The notes under the pieces were generated by a model, which saw only the letters and a list, made by a program, of their open reading frames with translations, was not told where the DNA came from and made no database searches. From NCBI RefSeq assembly GCF_036971445.1, contig NC_091472.1:130262001-130326000 (forward strand): DNA of 64,000 nucleotides. The letters are read 5' to 3'. Below, one piece after another: positions 11,871-22,539 of this stretch; position 1 is the stretch's first letter, and each line of letters begins with the position of its first letter. A program made the position numbers and the translations under genes. The stretch is from Narcine bancroftii. Lineage: Eukaryota.

Positions 11871-12738
11871 AGTTTCTCCGTGTACCTTTCCAAAATAGGT
11901 CAAACTGACTGCTGTCAAACTGACATAGTATATTGCATCTTATTTTAGAAAACCCTTGGCTTCATCTCTGACGTAATTGGAAATTAAACTTTATCTCTTA
12001 ACTGATGCAGTTCCAGTGTTCAACCTTTTCAATTCAGTAATTAATTGTCATTAGCCAGTAACATTTACAGAATGATAAGGGTGATTAACAGTGACTTTTG
12101 TGTTTGAGGAAAATCTTGAGATCTTAGGCAATCAGTCCTGATGATCATTTTGATTTTGCTGTGTCCTATATTTGAAAAAATATGAGGAGTGGCTTGAGTT
12201 CCTGAATGAACCTTTGGATTACAAAAATATGAGCTAACAGCAGGAGGTGCGTCACAAATGTTCAAGCTCAGCTGCTTGCTTTTCCTGACAGACACGCAGT
12301 CCAAATTATTCAAGTAAACGTTTCAAGATGTTTCTTTTAAATAATTTTGAACTGGTGAAAGGTTGACTATTTAACTATAATAAATTTGTTTATTTAAAAA
12401 AAAATAACATATTTATGTGTCTTTTGATCTGTAGTTTATCTTCTGAGATATGTGTTTAACATCATTTTGATTCGTCAGATGTGGAAAAGTAATTCTACCA
12501 GAGAAAAATAGAGTGGACCAAAATGGAATTATGACAAATAGCTAGGAATTCTGGAAAACATCTTATCACCATATTTACCAGAATATCCTTGGGAAAATTC
12601 AAGTCAGGCCTGTAAAATTCCTTTTAAAGCTGTCAAAATCCACAATCTTCCTACTAGTTGCTAACTAGTAGTTCGTAGTTATATTTTGCAGATCTAACAA
12701 AACTGGCATCTTAAAAACTTTTTTTTTTCCTTTTGCAG

Positions 12739-12937
12739 AATAGAGAGATCCACCGATCAAGTTATCAAGCCAGTTAATCTTGAGGCTTTGACCAAGTGGG
12801 TGGGACACATTCCTGATGGTGTGGTTGAGGATATGGCAAGGATAGCACCCATGTTGGCCAAACTAGGCTATGATCCCAATGCCAATCCACCAAATTATGG
12901 AAAACCTGATGCACTAGTAATTAATAACACCAAAAGG
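12739..12937 (+). CDS. TPST2: TPST2 coding exon 2 (199 bp)
   Basis: Acceptor ttttttccttttgcag|. Encodes (K)[25 protein letters not shown]...[18 protein letters not shown]. Donor AGG|gtaggt. Confidence 0.97.
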
Positions 12938-13296
12938 GTAGGTTTAAAAAAACTTCATTTAAAATACTTCTTTGTACTTTTAAGATTTTACTTTAGATTT
13001 GTTCTACAGGGAAGATGCTTATTAATCTATTGTTATTATTATTAGCACTGTGAGAATGGCTTTCAATTTTGGGGTGAGCACTTCTTAACTTGCTGTGGTG
13101 CTGATTGTTGCAGAAAGTATCAATTATATCAAGCTATTCATCAAGTGAATTTGCAACTGGATCAGAGTATCCCATTTTCTCTGCATTTTAGCAAGGATTA
13201 ACGTTTATACGATTTAAATATGCTTATCTTTCTCCCCTAAAAGCAGAAGTTTGTTTTTGTGTTGCATCTACCCACCTACAATGTAACTTTACATAA

Positions 13297-16200
13297 GAGG
13301 GAATGACGTGATGTAGTAGTGGCCGGTAGGGTAAAACCAGCCTCCCCCAAAAAAGAAGAAAAAAAGTCAAGAAAAGACAAAGTTCATCAAATATAAAATA
13401 TAAGAAATAAAAGATAAAGTTGCAGAGAAGAGAAAGAAGATGACACCTAAGAAGGAAAAAGTAAAAACAACGTGGTAAAAACAACGTGGTAAAAAACAAA
13501 GGAAAAGAAAGAAGGCCTTACCAGCACGAAGGAACAGGGAGCCGTGGTGGCGAAGAGCGCCCAATCTCCGAGGTTGGTGTCGGCCCTGCGGAGTTGCAAC
13601 CCCCCCCTGACCGGTGGACTAAAAAAATGGCTCTCTGAGCCAAACAAAAGTGTGCAACTGCGCATGCGCAAGGAGTCGCGCATGACCAGTGCACAATCTA
13701 AGGTAAAGAAAAACAGGGGGGCTCAGCTGAGGAGCGGGCAATCATGGCGTGACCAGCTGAAGGATGCTCGACACCAGGGCTCTCAGCTGGAAGATGAGGA
13801 AAGCGGCAGGAGAGGGAGTGAAGTACCAGGTGAGAGAGAAAGTCGACGGGGTGAACAGCAAGAGGAGCAGCAACAGGAGGCCCAACAGATGAGCAGCTCA
13901 AAAGGAGAGGACCAACAGGAAGAGGCCTGACAAAGTGAGACAAGCAACTCATCAGAAAAATCAGAACAGACACATACAAAGAAGAGAAGAAGAAGACACA
14001 AACACAGGTACAGACACAGAAGAGGAAGAAGAAGACCAAGATCTTCACAGAGAAATAGAAGGTAAAACAGATGGACAGAATATAGATAAATCTTCTTTTG
14101 AAGAACAAATTAGAACATTAAAAGAATGGTTGTCATTAGAATTTAGTGCAATTAAAAGAAAAATGAAAAGAACAAGATAAAATGCAAAGATTAGAAATAG
14201 TCATGACAGAAATAGGGAAAAGAGTAGAAAATGTGGAAGAACAAGAATCAGCTGTAGAAATGGAAGTAAATGACTTGAGAGGAAAATTGGAAAAAAGTGA
14301 TTAAAAAAAATTAGAAACACAAGAGTTGTTAGCTCAGAAAATTGATATGTTGGAAAATTATAGTAGGCGAAACAACATAAAGATAGTGAGCCTGAAGGAA
14401 GTTGAAGGCACAGAAATGAAGGAATTTATAAAAGAATGGATCCAAAAGGTCCTGGGAACGACAGAAATGCAGGAAGAAATGTAAGTGGAAAGGGCACACA
14501 GAACACTAGCTACGAAACCACAGATACATCAAAAACCAAGATCCATTTTAGTAAAATTTTTGAGATATACGACAAGAAAACATATACTGGAGTGGGCAAG
14601 GAATAAAATTAGAGAAGATAATAAACCATTGGAATACAAGTGTCAAAAAATATTTTTTTTATCCAAACATAAATTTTGAACGCTTAAAGAAGAGGAAGGA
14701 GTTTAATACAGCAAAATCAATCCTATCGAAAAAAGGTTATAAATTCATGTTAAGATATCCAGCTGTGCTTAAAATATTTAACCCCGGGGAGCAAAACAGA
14801 CTGTTCTCAGATCCGGAGGAAGTACAAGAATTTGCAGAAAGTTTGCAAGACAGAAGGAGAGATGAAGGGATGTAATAAGAATGAAGAATGGCGATAAAGT
14901 ATATATAAAGATGTAAAAACAATGTATATGTAAAGAACTAAAGAAAGGAAAGAAAAGGGAAGGAAAGAAGTAAGGGGGAAAAAAAGGGAGAAATTTGTTA
15001 TATGTGTGTATAAAAAAAAAAAAAGTATTTTGAGGAGGGTTGGAGGGGGAGAGAATAACCGTCAATGCGAAATCAGTTGACTCTTGCGAACAGGATCACA
15101 ATCCAAATGGAAAGGGGAGTTGTGGTTGCCCGGCAAGGGATAAGGGGTGACTCAGAGGGGGGGGGTGGTATTTGGGGTTAAAGTTATATTGGATGTGGGA
15201 ATTGCTGGAGTATTTTATGTTTTAAACGTGTTGTCATACATTGAGTTTAAAAAGGGAAAACTGAGAGATGAAAATGGGGAAAAGGGATGGTGATGGTGAA
15301 AAAGCAGAAATGAGGTGTAAACAAGATATGAGATGGCCACGTTGAACTATATGACTATAAACATTAATGGAATAAATAACCAAATTAAAAGGAAGAGGCT
15401 ATTAAATTTACTGAAAAAAGAGAAAATAGATATAGCATTTGTGCAGGAAATGCATCTAACTGAAGTGGAACATTACAAATTAAAGAGAGACTGGGTAGGA
15501 CACCTAGCGGCAGCATCATATAATTCAAAAGATGGAGGTGTAGCCACATTAATAAATAAAAATGTACCAATCAAAATAGAGGAGGAAATAATAGATCCAG
15601 CAGGGAGGTATGTAATGATAAAGTGTCAGATATACTCAGAATTTTGGAATTTGCTCAATATATATGCACCTAATGAGGAGGATCAAAAGTTTATGCAGGA
15701 TATTTTTTTGAAGATTGTAGATACACAAGGAAATATATTGATAGGAGGGGATTTTAACCTTAATTTGGATCTAATGTTGGATAAAACTGGACAAAAGACG
15801 AGCAAAAAGAATAAAGTGGCCAAATTTATGGTTAAATCAATGCAGGAAATGAAATTTATGGATATATGGTGGAGGCAGCACCCAAGAGAGAAGGAATATT
15901 CATATTATTTGAGTAGGCATAAAATATATCCAAGGATTGATATGTTTTTGTTGTCGGCCCATATTCAAGGGAGAGTTAGAAAACTGAGTATAAAGTTAGA
16001 CTACTATCTGATCATTCACCCCTGTTATTAGCAATAGAACAGGAGGACATCCCACCAATAACATATCGATGGAGGTTAAACTCCATGCTACTTAAAAGTC
16101 AGGAATTTAGGGAGTTTATTGAACACCAAATTAAAACATATTTTGAAATAAACACTGTATCAGTGAAAGACAAATTTATATTATGGGATGCAATGAAAGC

Positions 16201-17765
16201 CTTCATTAGAGGGCAGATAATAAGTTATGTAACTAAGATGAAAAAGGACTACAATCAGGAAATAGAGCAGTTGGAAAGAGTGATAGTAAGTACAGAAAAG
16301 GAATGTAAAAAGGGATGATATAATGAAAAGGAGAGAATTGACGGGCCAAAAAATAAAATACAAAACCTTACAAACGTACAAAGTGGAGAAGAACATAATG
16401 AAAATAAAGCAAAAGTATTACGAACTGGGAGAAAAAACACATAAAATATTAGCCTGGCAACTTAAAACAGAACAAGCTAAAAGAACTGTATTGGCATCAA
16501 GGAAAAAGGACAAACAAATTACATATAACCCAATAGAGATTAATGAAAACTTTAAGGAATTTTATCAACAATTATACCAAACTGAGAACGAGGGGAAAGA
16601 TGATAAAACAGAAGAGTTTTAGCTAAAATTGAACGTCCGAAATTGCAAGAAGAGGAACAAAACAAACTAATAAAACCATTTCAAATAGAGGAAGTACAGG
16701 ATGTATTAAAAAAGCTGCCAAACAATAAAATGCCAGGAGAGGATGGATTCCCAATAGAATTTTATAAAACATTTAAAGAGTTATTAATTCCTTCTCTCCT
16801 GGAAGTAATGAACCAGATAGAAGAAACACAAAACTTGCCAGATACATGTAAGACAGCAATAATTACAGTAATACCAAAGACGGGGAAGGATCCATTAACA
16901 CCAGCATCATCTAATTCATTAATCATTCATTTAATTCATGCAGTTCAAGGAAATAAGAAGCCAACAGTGGCTGTTGCTTTAGACACAGAAAAAGCCTTTG
17001 ACAGAGTAGAATGGAACTATTTATTTAAAGTATTATAGAGGTTCAATCTACAAGAAAAATATATTAATTGGATTAAAGCATTATATAATGGACCATTGGC
17101 GAAGGTAACAGTAAATAACTATGTATCGAACCAATTTAAATTAAGTAGGTCAACTAGACAGGGATGTCCATTATCCCCCTCATTGTTCGCTTCAGCAATA
17201 GAACCATTGGCAGAACTGATAAGAACAGAAATTAAAATAAAATGGATAAAAATAAAGGAGAAGGAGTATAAAATCAGCTTATTTGCATATGATAGACTTA
17301 GCTGTGGCAAAAAAATGTATAATGTCAACCTGGAAATCAGAAGAGAGCCTAAGAGTACAGCAATGGTATAGAAATGAATAAATGTATTCCAATGGAAAAA
17401 ATAACATATAATTTAAGAAATAATGTCACAGTATTCGAACAAATTTGGGAACCGTATATGGAACACAACAGAGAGGGCCTACCGCGGACCTCCACCCCCT
17501 AAAATGACAGAATGAGAAGAAGACGAAATGAACTGACCCAGTGTGTAAAAGTAGAATACACAATTTTCTTGTTTATTCTCATTGTGTGATGACATTGTTT
17601 AATGGGTTTAATGTATTGTATATGTTGAACGTTTAGTGAGTATGGAGGGGAGTGGGAAGGGAGGGGGGGGAAAGGGGAGATAATGACCTTGTATATATTC
17701 AAGAGGGAAATGTTTGTGTGTATTTTGGTTAATATGGTTCATAATGTGAAAAATTTTTTTAAATT
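13297..17765 (+). mobile_element. L1-clade LINE: 5' UTR, ORF1 (~13440-14877), spacer, ORF2 (from 15333), internally deleted and pseudogenised
   Basis: ORF1: coiled coil, ENYSRRNNIKI, ERAHR..PRSILVKFLRY. ORF2 APE domain: TININGIN, QEMHL, GGDFN, RID. RT: PGEDGFPIEFYK, LDTEKAFDRVEW, RQGCPLSP, SLFAYD. Many stops and frameshifts; A/T-rich end. Confidence 0.93.
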
Positions 17766-17769
17766 TAAA

Positions 17770-18440
17770 AAGTTAATGGGAACAACAGAACATGCAATTT
17801 AGGCATGTAAGAAAGTGAAAATGTTTTGGGAAGATCTAAATCAGATATTAAATTAAATCACGAAAAATAACATGCCAAAAAATCCAGAGATCTTCGTAGT
17901 AATATAAGAAGTAAGGAATTAGGCCTCAGATTGGATAAAGCACAGAAAATATTTATTATGATAGCCTGAGCAGTAGCAAAAAATGTATAATGTCAACTTG
18001 GAAATCGGAAGAGAGCCTGAGAATACAGCAATGGTACATGGAAATGAATAAATGTATTCCATTGGGAAAAAAATAACATATAATTTAAAAAAAATAAAGT
18101 CACATTATTTGAACAAATTTGGGAACTGTACATGGAACATAACAGAGAGGGCTTGCCTCGGACCTCCACCCCCTAAAATGATAAGAAGACAAAACTACTT
18201 GATCCAGTGTATAAAAGTAGATGACACATTTTTCTTCTTTATTTTTCATTGTGTGATGACATTGTTTAATGGTTTTATTGTATTGTATATGTTGAATATT
18301 TATTGGTTTTGGAAGGGGGTAGGGGGGAAAAAAGGACGAAAATGCCACTGTGTATATTTAATGAGAAACGTTTGTATATATTTTGGTTGTTATGGTTCAC
18401 AGTGTGAAAAATAAAAATTTATAATAATAATTTAAAAAAA
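17770..18440 (+). mobile_element. Second, 5'-truncated copy of the same L1 family (3' end only)
   Basis: 17960-18420 is highly similar to 17290-17760 (aaaaaatgtataatgtcaac.tggaaatc...ggacctccacccc). Ends in an A-rich tail. Confidence 0.85.
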
Positions 18441-18442
18441 CA

Positions 18443-18824
18443 TGAGGGCAGCAGCAATCATCAAAGACCTGCACCACCCAGCACATGCTCTGTTCTCCCG
18501 AGTGCCATCAGGAAAAAGGTTTAGATACCACAAGACTCGCACCACTAGGTTTAGGAACACTGCCACCCCTCCACCATCAGACTCCTGAACAACAAACTTA
18601 ATCGGGGACAATTTAAGGACTCTTACTTGTGCACTTTATTAATTTTATTTGCTTTCCCTGTATTGCACAGTCAGTTTGTTTACATTTGTTATCTGTTTAT
18701 AATTCTTTTGATCACATTATGTTCAGTTTTTTTTGCACTATCAATTAGTGGTAATTTTGCTGCACCCACAGGAAAAATGAATATCTGGGTTGTATGTGAA
18801 TGTCATGTTTGTACTTTAACAATA
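18443..18824 (+). mobile_element. Rex1-like LINE 3' end (tail continues at 20208-20234 beyond the RTE insertion)
   Basis: AAAIIKDLHHPAHALFS..PSGKRFR..KTRTTRFRN motif. Tail acaataaatctgaaatct. Confidence 0.75.
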
Positions 18825-20207
18825 TGGTGCAGCCGAGATAGGTAAACTGGTTGACCGTTTTGAGTTTTGTGTGCCCGATGGAGATGTGGGGGGGCTGGTA
18901 GTCATGGTGGGGAGCTGGCTGATGGAGGACCTCAGTTTTCTTCAGGCTGACTTCCAGGCCAAACATTTTGGCAGTTTCCGCAAAGCAGGACGTCAAGCGC
19001 TGAAGAGCTGGCTCTGAATGGGCAACTAAAGCGGCATCATCTGCAAAGAGTAGTTCACGGACAAGTTTCTCTTGTGTCTTGGTGTGAGCTTGCAGGCGCC
19101 TCAGATTGAAGAGACTGCCATCCGTGCGGTACCGGATGTAAACAGCGTCTTCATTGTTGGGGTCTTTCATGGCTTGGTTCAGCATCATGCTGAAGAAGAT
19201 TGAAAAGAGGGTTGGTGCGAGAACACAGCCTTGCTTCACGCCATTGTTAATGGAGAAGGGTTCAGAGAGCTCATTGCTGTATCTGACCCGACCTTGTTGG
19301 TTTTCGTGCAGTTGGATAATCATGTTGAGGAACTTTGGGGGACATCCGATGCGCTCTAGTATTTGCCAAAGCCCTTTCCTGCTCACGGTGTCGAAGGCTT
19401 TGGTGAGGTCAACAAAGGTGATGTAGAGTCCTTTGTTTTGTTCTCTGCACTTTTCTTGGAGCTGTCTGACAACAGACTCGCCAAGGCAAATAGCGCCTTT
19501 GGAAGACTACACAAAAGAGTCTGGAAAAACAACCAACTGAAAAACCTCACAAAGATAAGCGTATACAGAGCCGTTGTCATACCCACACTCCTGTTCGGCT
19601 CCGAATCATGGGTCCTCTACCGGCACCACCTACGGCTCCTAGAACGCTTCCACCAGCGTTGTCTCCGCTCCATCCTCAACATCCATTGGAGCGCTCACAC
19701 CCCTAACGTCGAGGTACTCGAGATGGCAGAGGTCGACAGCATCGAGTCCACGCTGCTGAAGATCCAGCTGCGCTGGATGGGTCACGTCTCCAGAATGGAG
19801 GACCATCGCCTTCCCAAGATCGTATTATATGGCGAGCTCTCCACTGGCCACCGTGACAGAGGTGCACCAAAGAAAAGGTACAAGGACTGCCTAAAGAAAT
19901 CTCTTGGTGCCTGCCACATTGACCACCGCCAGTGGGCTGATAACGCCTCAAACCGTGCATCTTGGCGCCTCACAGTTTGGCGGGCAGCAGCCTCCTTTGA
20001 AGAAGACCGCAGAGCCCACCTCACTGACAAAAGGCAAAGGAGGAAAAACCCAACACCCAACCCCAACCAACCAATTTTCCCTTGCAACCGCTGCAATCGT
20101 GTCTGCCTGTCCCGCATCGGACTGGTCAGCCACAAACGAGCCTGCAGCTGACGTGGACTTTTTACCCCCTCCATAAATCTTCGTCCGCGAAGCCAAGCCA
20201 AAGAAAG
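18825..20207 (+). mobile_element. Young RTE-clade LINE, 5'-truncated with 5' inversion (18825-19467 minus, 19468-20207 plus), 12-bp TSD
   Basis: Minus part: RT QEKCRE, DLTKAFDTV, GVKQGCVLAP, LFADD, FTYLGCT. Plus part: DNRLAKANSAFGRL...QLRWMGH...C2H-type CNRC..SRIGLVSH. TSD ACTTTAACAATA at 18813-18824 and 20208-20219. Confidence 0.95.
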
Positions 20208-20848
20208 ACTTTAACAATAAATCTGAAATCTCAAATGGTACAATAAGCTTTGTAATCTTGAGTTTGATATACTTGTAAGTAAGTCCTGGATATCTGTCAC
20301 TATCTTGTGAAATAATGTACTGGAACACCACCAACTAACTGAAGAATATTTTCTTGGTTCATCACAAGTTTGATAGATAATAGGGAAAGGTTATTGTTTG
20401 ACTATTTTGTGTGAACTAGAAGCTATGGTTGGAATGTTTGATTATTATTAGTTTCAGTCCCCTGATAAAGAAGTTATAATGTTGTTCAGTCGTTGAGTTG
20501 GCTGTAGCATCCTGGGCTCCTACTGTGCACTGGAAGGAATTGTTAAGGGTGTGACTTAGTGGTGCTAGTTTGAGCACAAATGTGGGTAAAAATACTAGGA
20601 GAAGAATATTAGAGTGACCCAGGAGTCTCTTTTCAATATAAATTGGATCCTATTCCAGGAAAGAAAGTAAAACATTAAAAATGCAAATGGACAAAAAGAC
20701 TAAGTGCTGAGGCGGGCATTTTTGGATATTTTAGTTTTTTTTTTAAAGTCAAGAATCACAAAGACCAGTGAGTACAGCAAGGAATACAGATTTGTTTTTA
20801 GTCCTTTACTTGAATGTGCATTTCTTGATAACACTGTTGATGCGGTGG

Positions 20849-21847
20849 ATCAAGATCAAGATTTCTTTATTGTTATAAAATAGAAGAGAACATGTCATAT
20901 TACTCAAAATTGCTTTCACCTGCCATAAGGCAGAAAAAGAGTTGCCATCAGTGTCACCTGGTGCTCCCGAGTGAAATTGAGAAATAGAAGCAAAAGGAAG
21001 TCCCTTAATAGTCACTGAGGGTCCATGGTTTCGCCTCCATGATCCACAGCTCTGTAGCTGCATATTCCCTTGGTTTTCAGTCATTGAGAAACTCTCAGGA
21101 ATTTTTCAGGTTCTTGGTCACAAAATGAGAATTTCGAATTTAGTTTTACAAATTCAGAATCAAAATTTATTGTCATGAACAAATCATGAAATTTGGTGTT
21201 TTGCGGCAGCGTCATAGAGCAAATGTTCATATTATAACAGTCTTATGACATTATTAAAAAAAGTAAAAATAATATTGCATGAAAAGTGAGGCAATGTCTA
21301 TGGTACATTGATTATTCAGGAATCTGATAGCAATGGGGAAGAAGATTAGGGGCATATTCCTCTTTGATCCATTGTCAAATTGAGCTCCAGATCCAAACCT
21401 CCAACACAGTCAGGAAGCTTTCACCGTCCAAGGCCATTTGGGAGTTTTTTTTCTCAACACCCTCTTGAATCCCAGGTTTGATACCTGGTTCTCATGAGCT
21501 AATCTCCAGCAGGTCACACCCCACGTGGGTCCACTGACCGCAGCCTGTACAAGTCCCTCAGCTGTTGAGCCTCTGGCCGGTTTGCTGTTGTGGTTACCCT
21601 TCTGTAGGGCAGTCTCTTCTACTTCTCAATGTAGGTATTCTCCCCGTTTCTCGTGCACTGTGTCGGTCCACTGCTGCCCTGAGTCTACAGCCCCTCGTGG
21701 CTGAGGCCAAGCGCAGGCGCTACCATCTTGAGCATAGATCTGTGATTGCTGGATTTTGGTTTAAGAACACCATCAGCTCCTCAAACAGGCTGAGGAACTC
21801 TTCAGAGCAGTGATGTGATTTGTGTCTCCTGGGTCCACAACAGGGAC
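20849..21847 (-). mobile_element. Retroposon family A, copy 3, interrupted by a 282-bp duplicated segment
   Basis: Tail on + reads atcaagatcaagatttctttattgt. Reverse-complement similarity to 240-900 on both sides of the insertion. Confidence 0.75.
21065..21346 (+). repeat. Exact direct copy of 6341-6622 (282 bp)
   Basis: Base-by-base identity from ttcccttggttttcag to ggggaagaagat at a constant offset of 14724. Confidence 0.95.
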
Positions 21848-22085
21848 AGCAATGATAAATTACACAGTTCAAAATATGTTCACAGATATTATTTGGTGAA
21901 ATAATGCTTTTAAGCCTGTTTCACACCTGTTTGAAATGAAACTAATATAAAGTGGTACTTTCAACATCTGTGGTTTCATATCCCTTTTGTGCCCAACTTA
22001 GAATATGAATTAAAGAATGGTGAGTACTAATCGACATGACCACTCTGCAATTTTATTCTAACAATTTTCTTCATATTTTTCACAG

Positions 22086-22136
22086 ATTCTGCAAGGTGAC
22101 TTTCAAACCCCTGTCAATTTGAAAGGACCTTCTTTG
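22086..22136 (+). CDS. TPST2: TPST2 coding exon 3 (51 bp)
   Basis: Acceptor ttttcacag|. Encodes ILQGDFQTPVNLKGPSL (cf. mammalian VLKGDYKTPANLKGYFQ). Donor TTG|gtaggt. Confidence 0.92.
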
Positions 22137-22539
22137 GTAGGTAAACTGTGTTTTGCAATTTTATTCAAGTAATTAAGGGTTAATGAGGTGGGTTCTGTTG
22201 TCAAGTTTTTGTCCAGGTCTAAAACGGACACCAGTTACAGAAACCAAAACCATTTAATTTGCTCCTGTAGTTTCAATAATCTAATTATCTGCAGTGCAAG
22301 TTTTCAACCGTTGAAAAGTACACAGGCATTTCTGGGATTTTGTTGCATAATTGATACAGTTTAAAATCTTAACCTACACTAATCTGTGTCAAAGGATTCA
22401 GTGTTTTATCAGAAAAAAATATTAATTTGTTGAAAAGTCATTGGATTTCATAAAGGTCATGGCAGTGCTCCAACCCCACCCATTAAGAATGGGGTCTCTT
22501 GTGTTCAAGCCAGGTCTGCATCTATTTGGTTGAATCTCC

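Noticed and set aside
13544-14180. E/Q-rich ORFs as a host gene
   Set aside because: They are frameshifted pieces of the L1 ORF1 N-terminus, including a 14-bp tandem duplication near 13463.
19363-20151. 262-aa ORF as a novel gene
   Set aside because: It is a chimera of antisense RTE sequence and the RTE ORF2 C-terminus created by the inversion.
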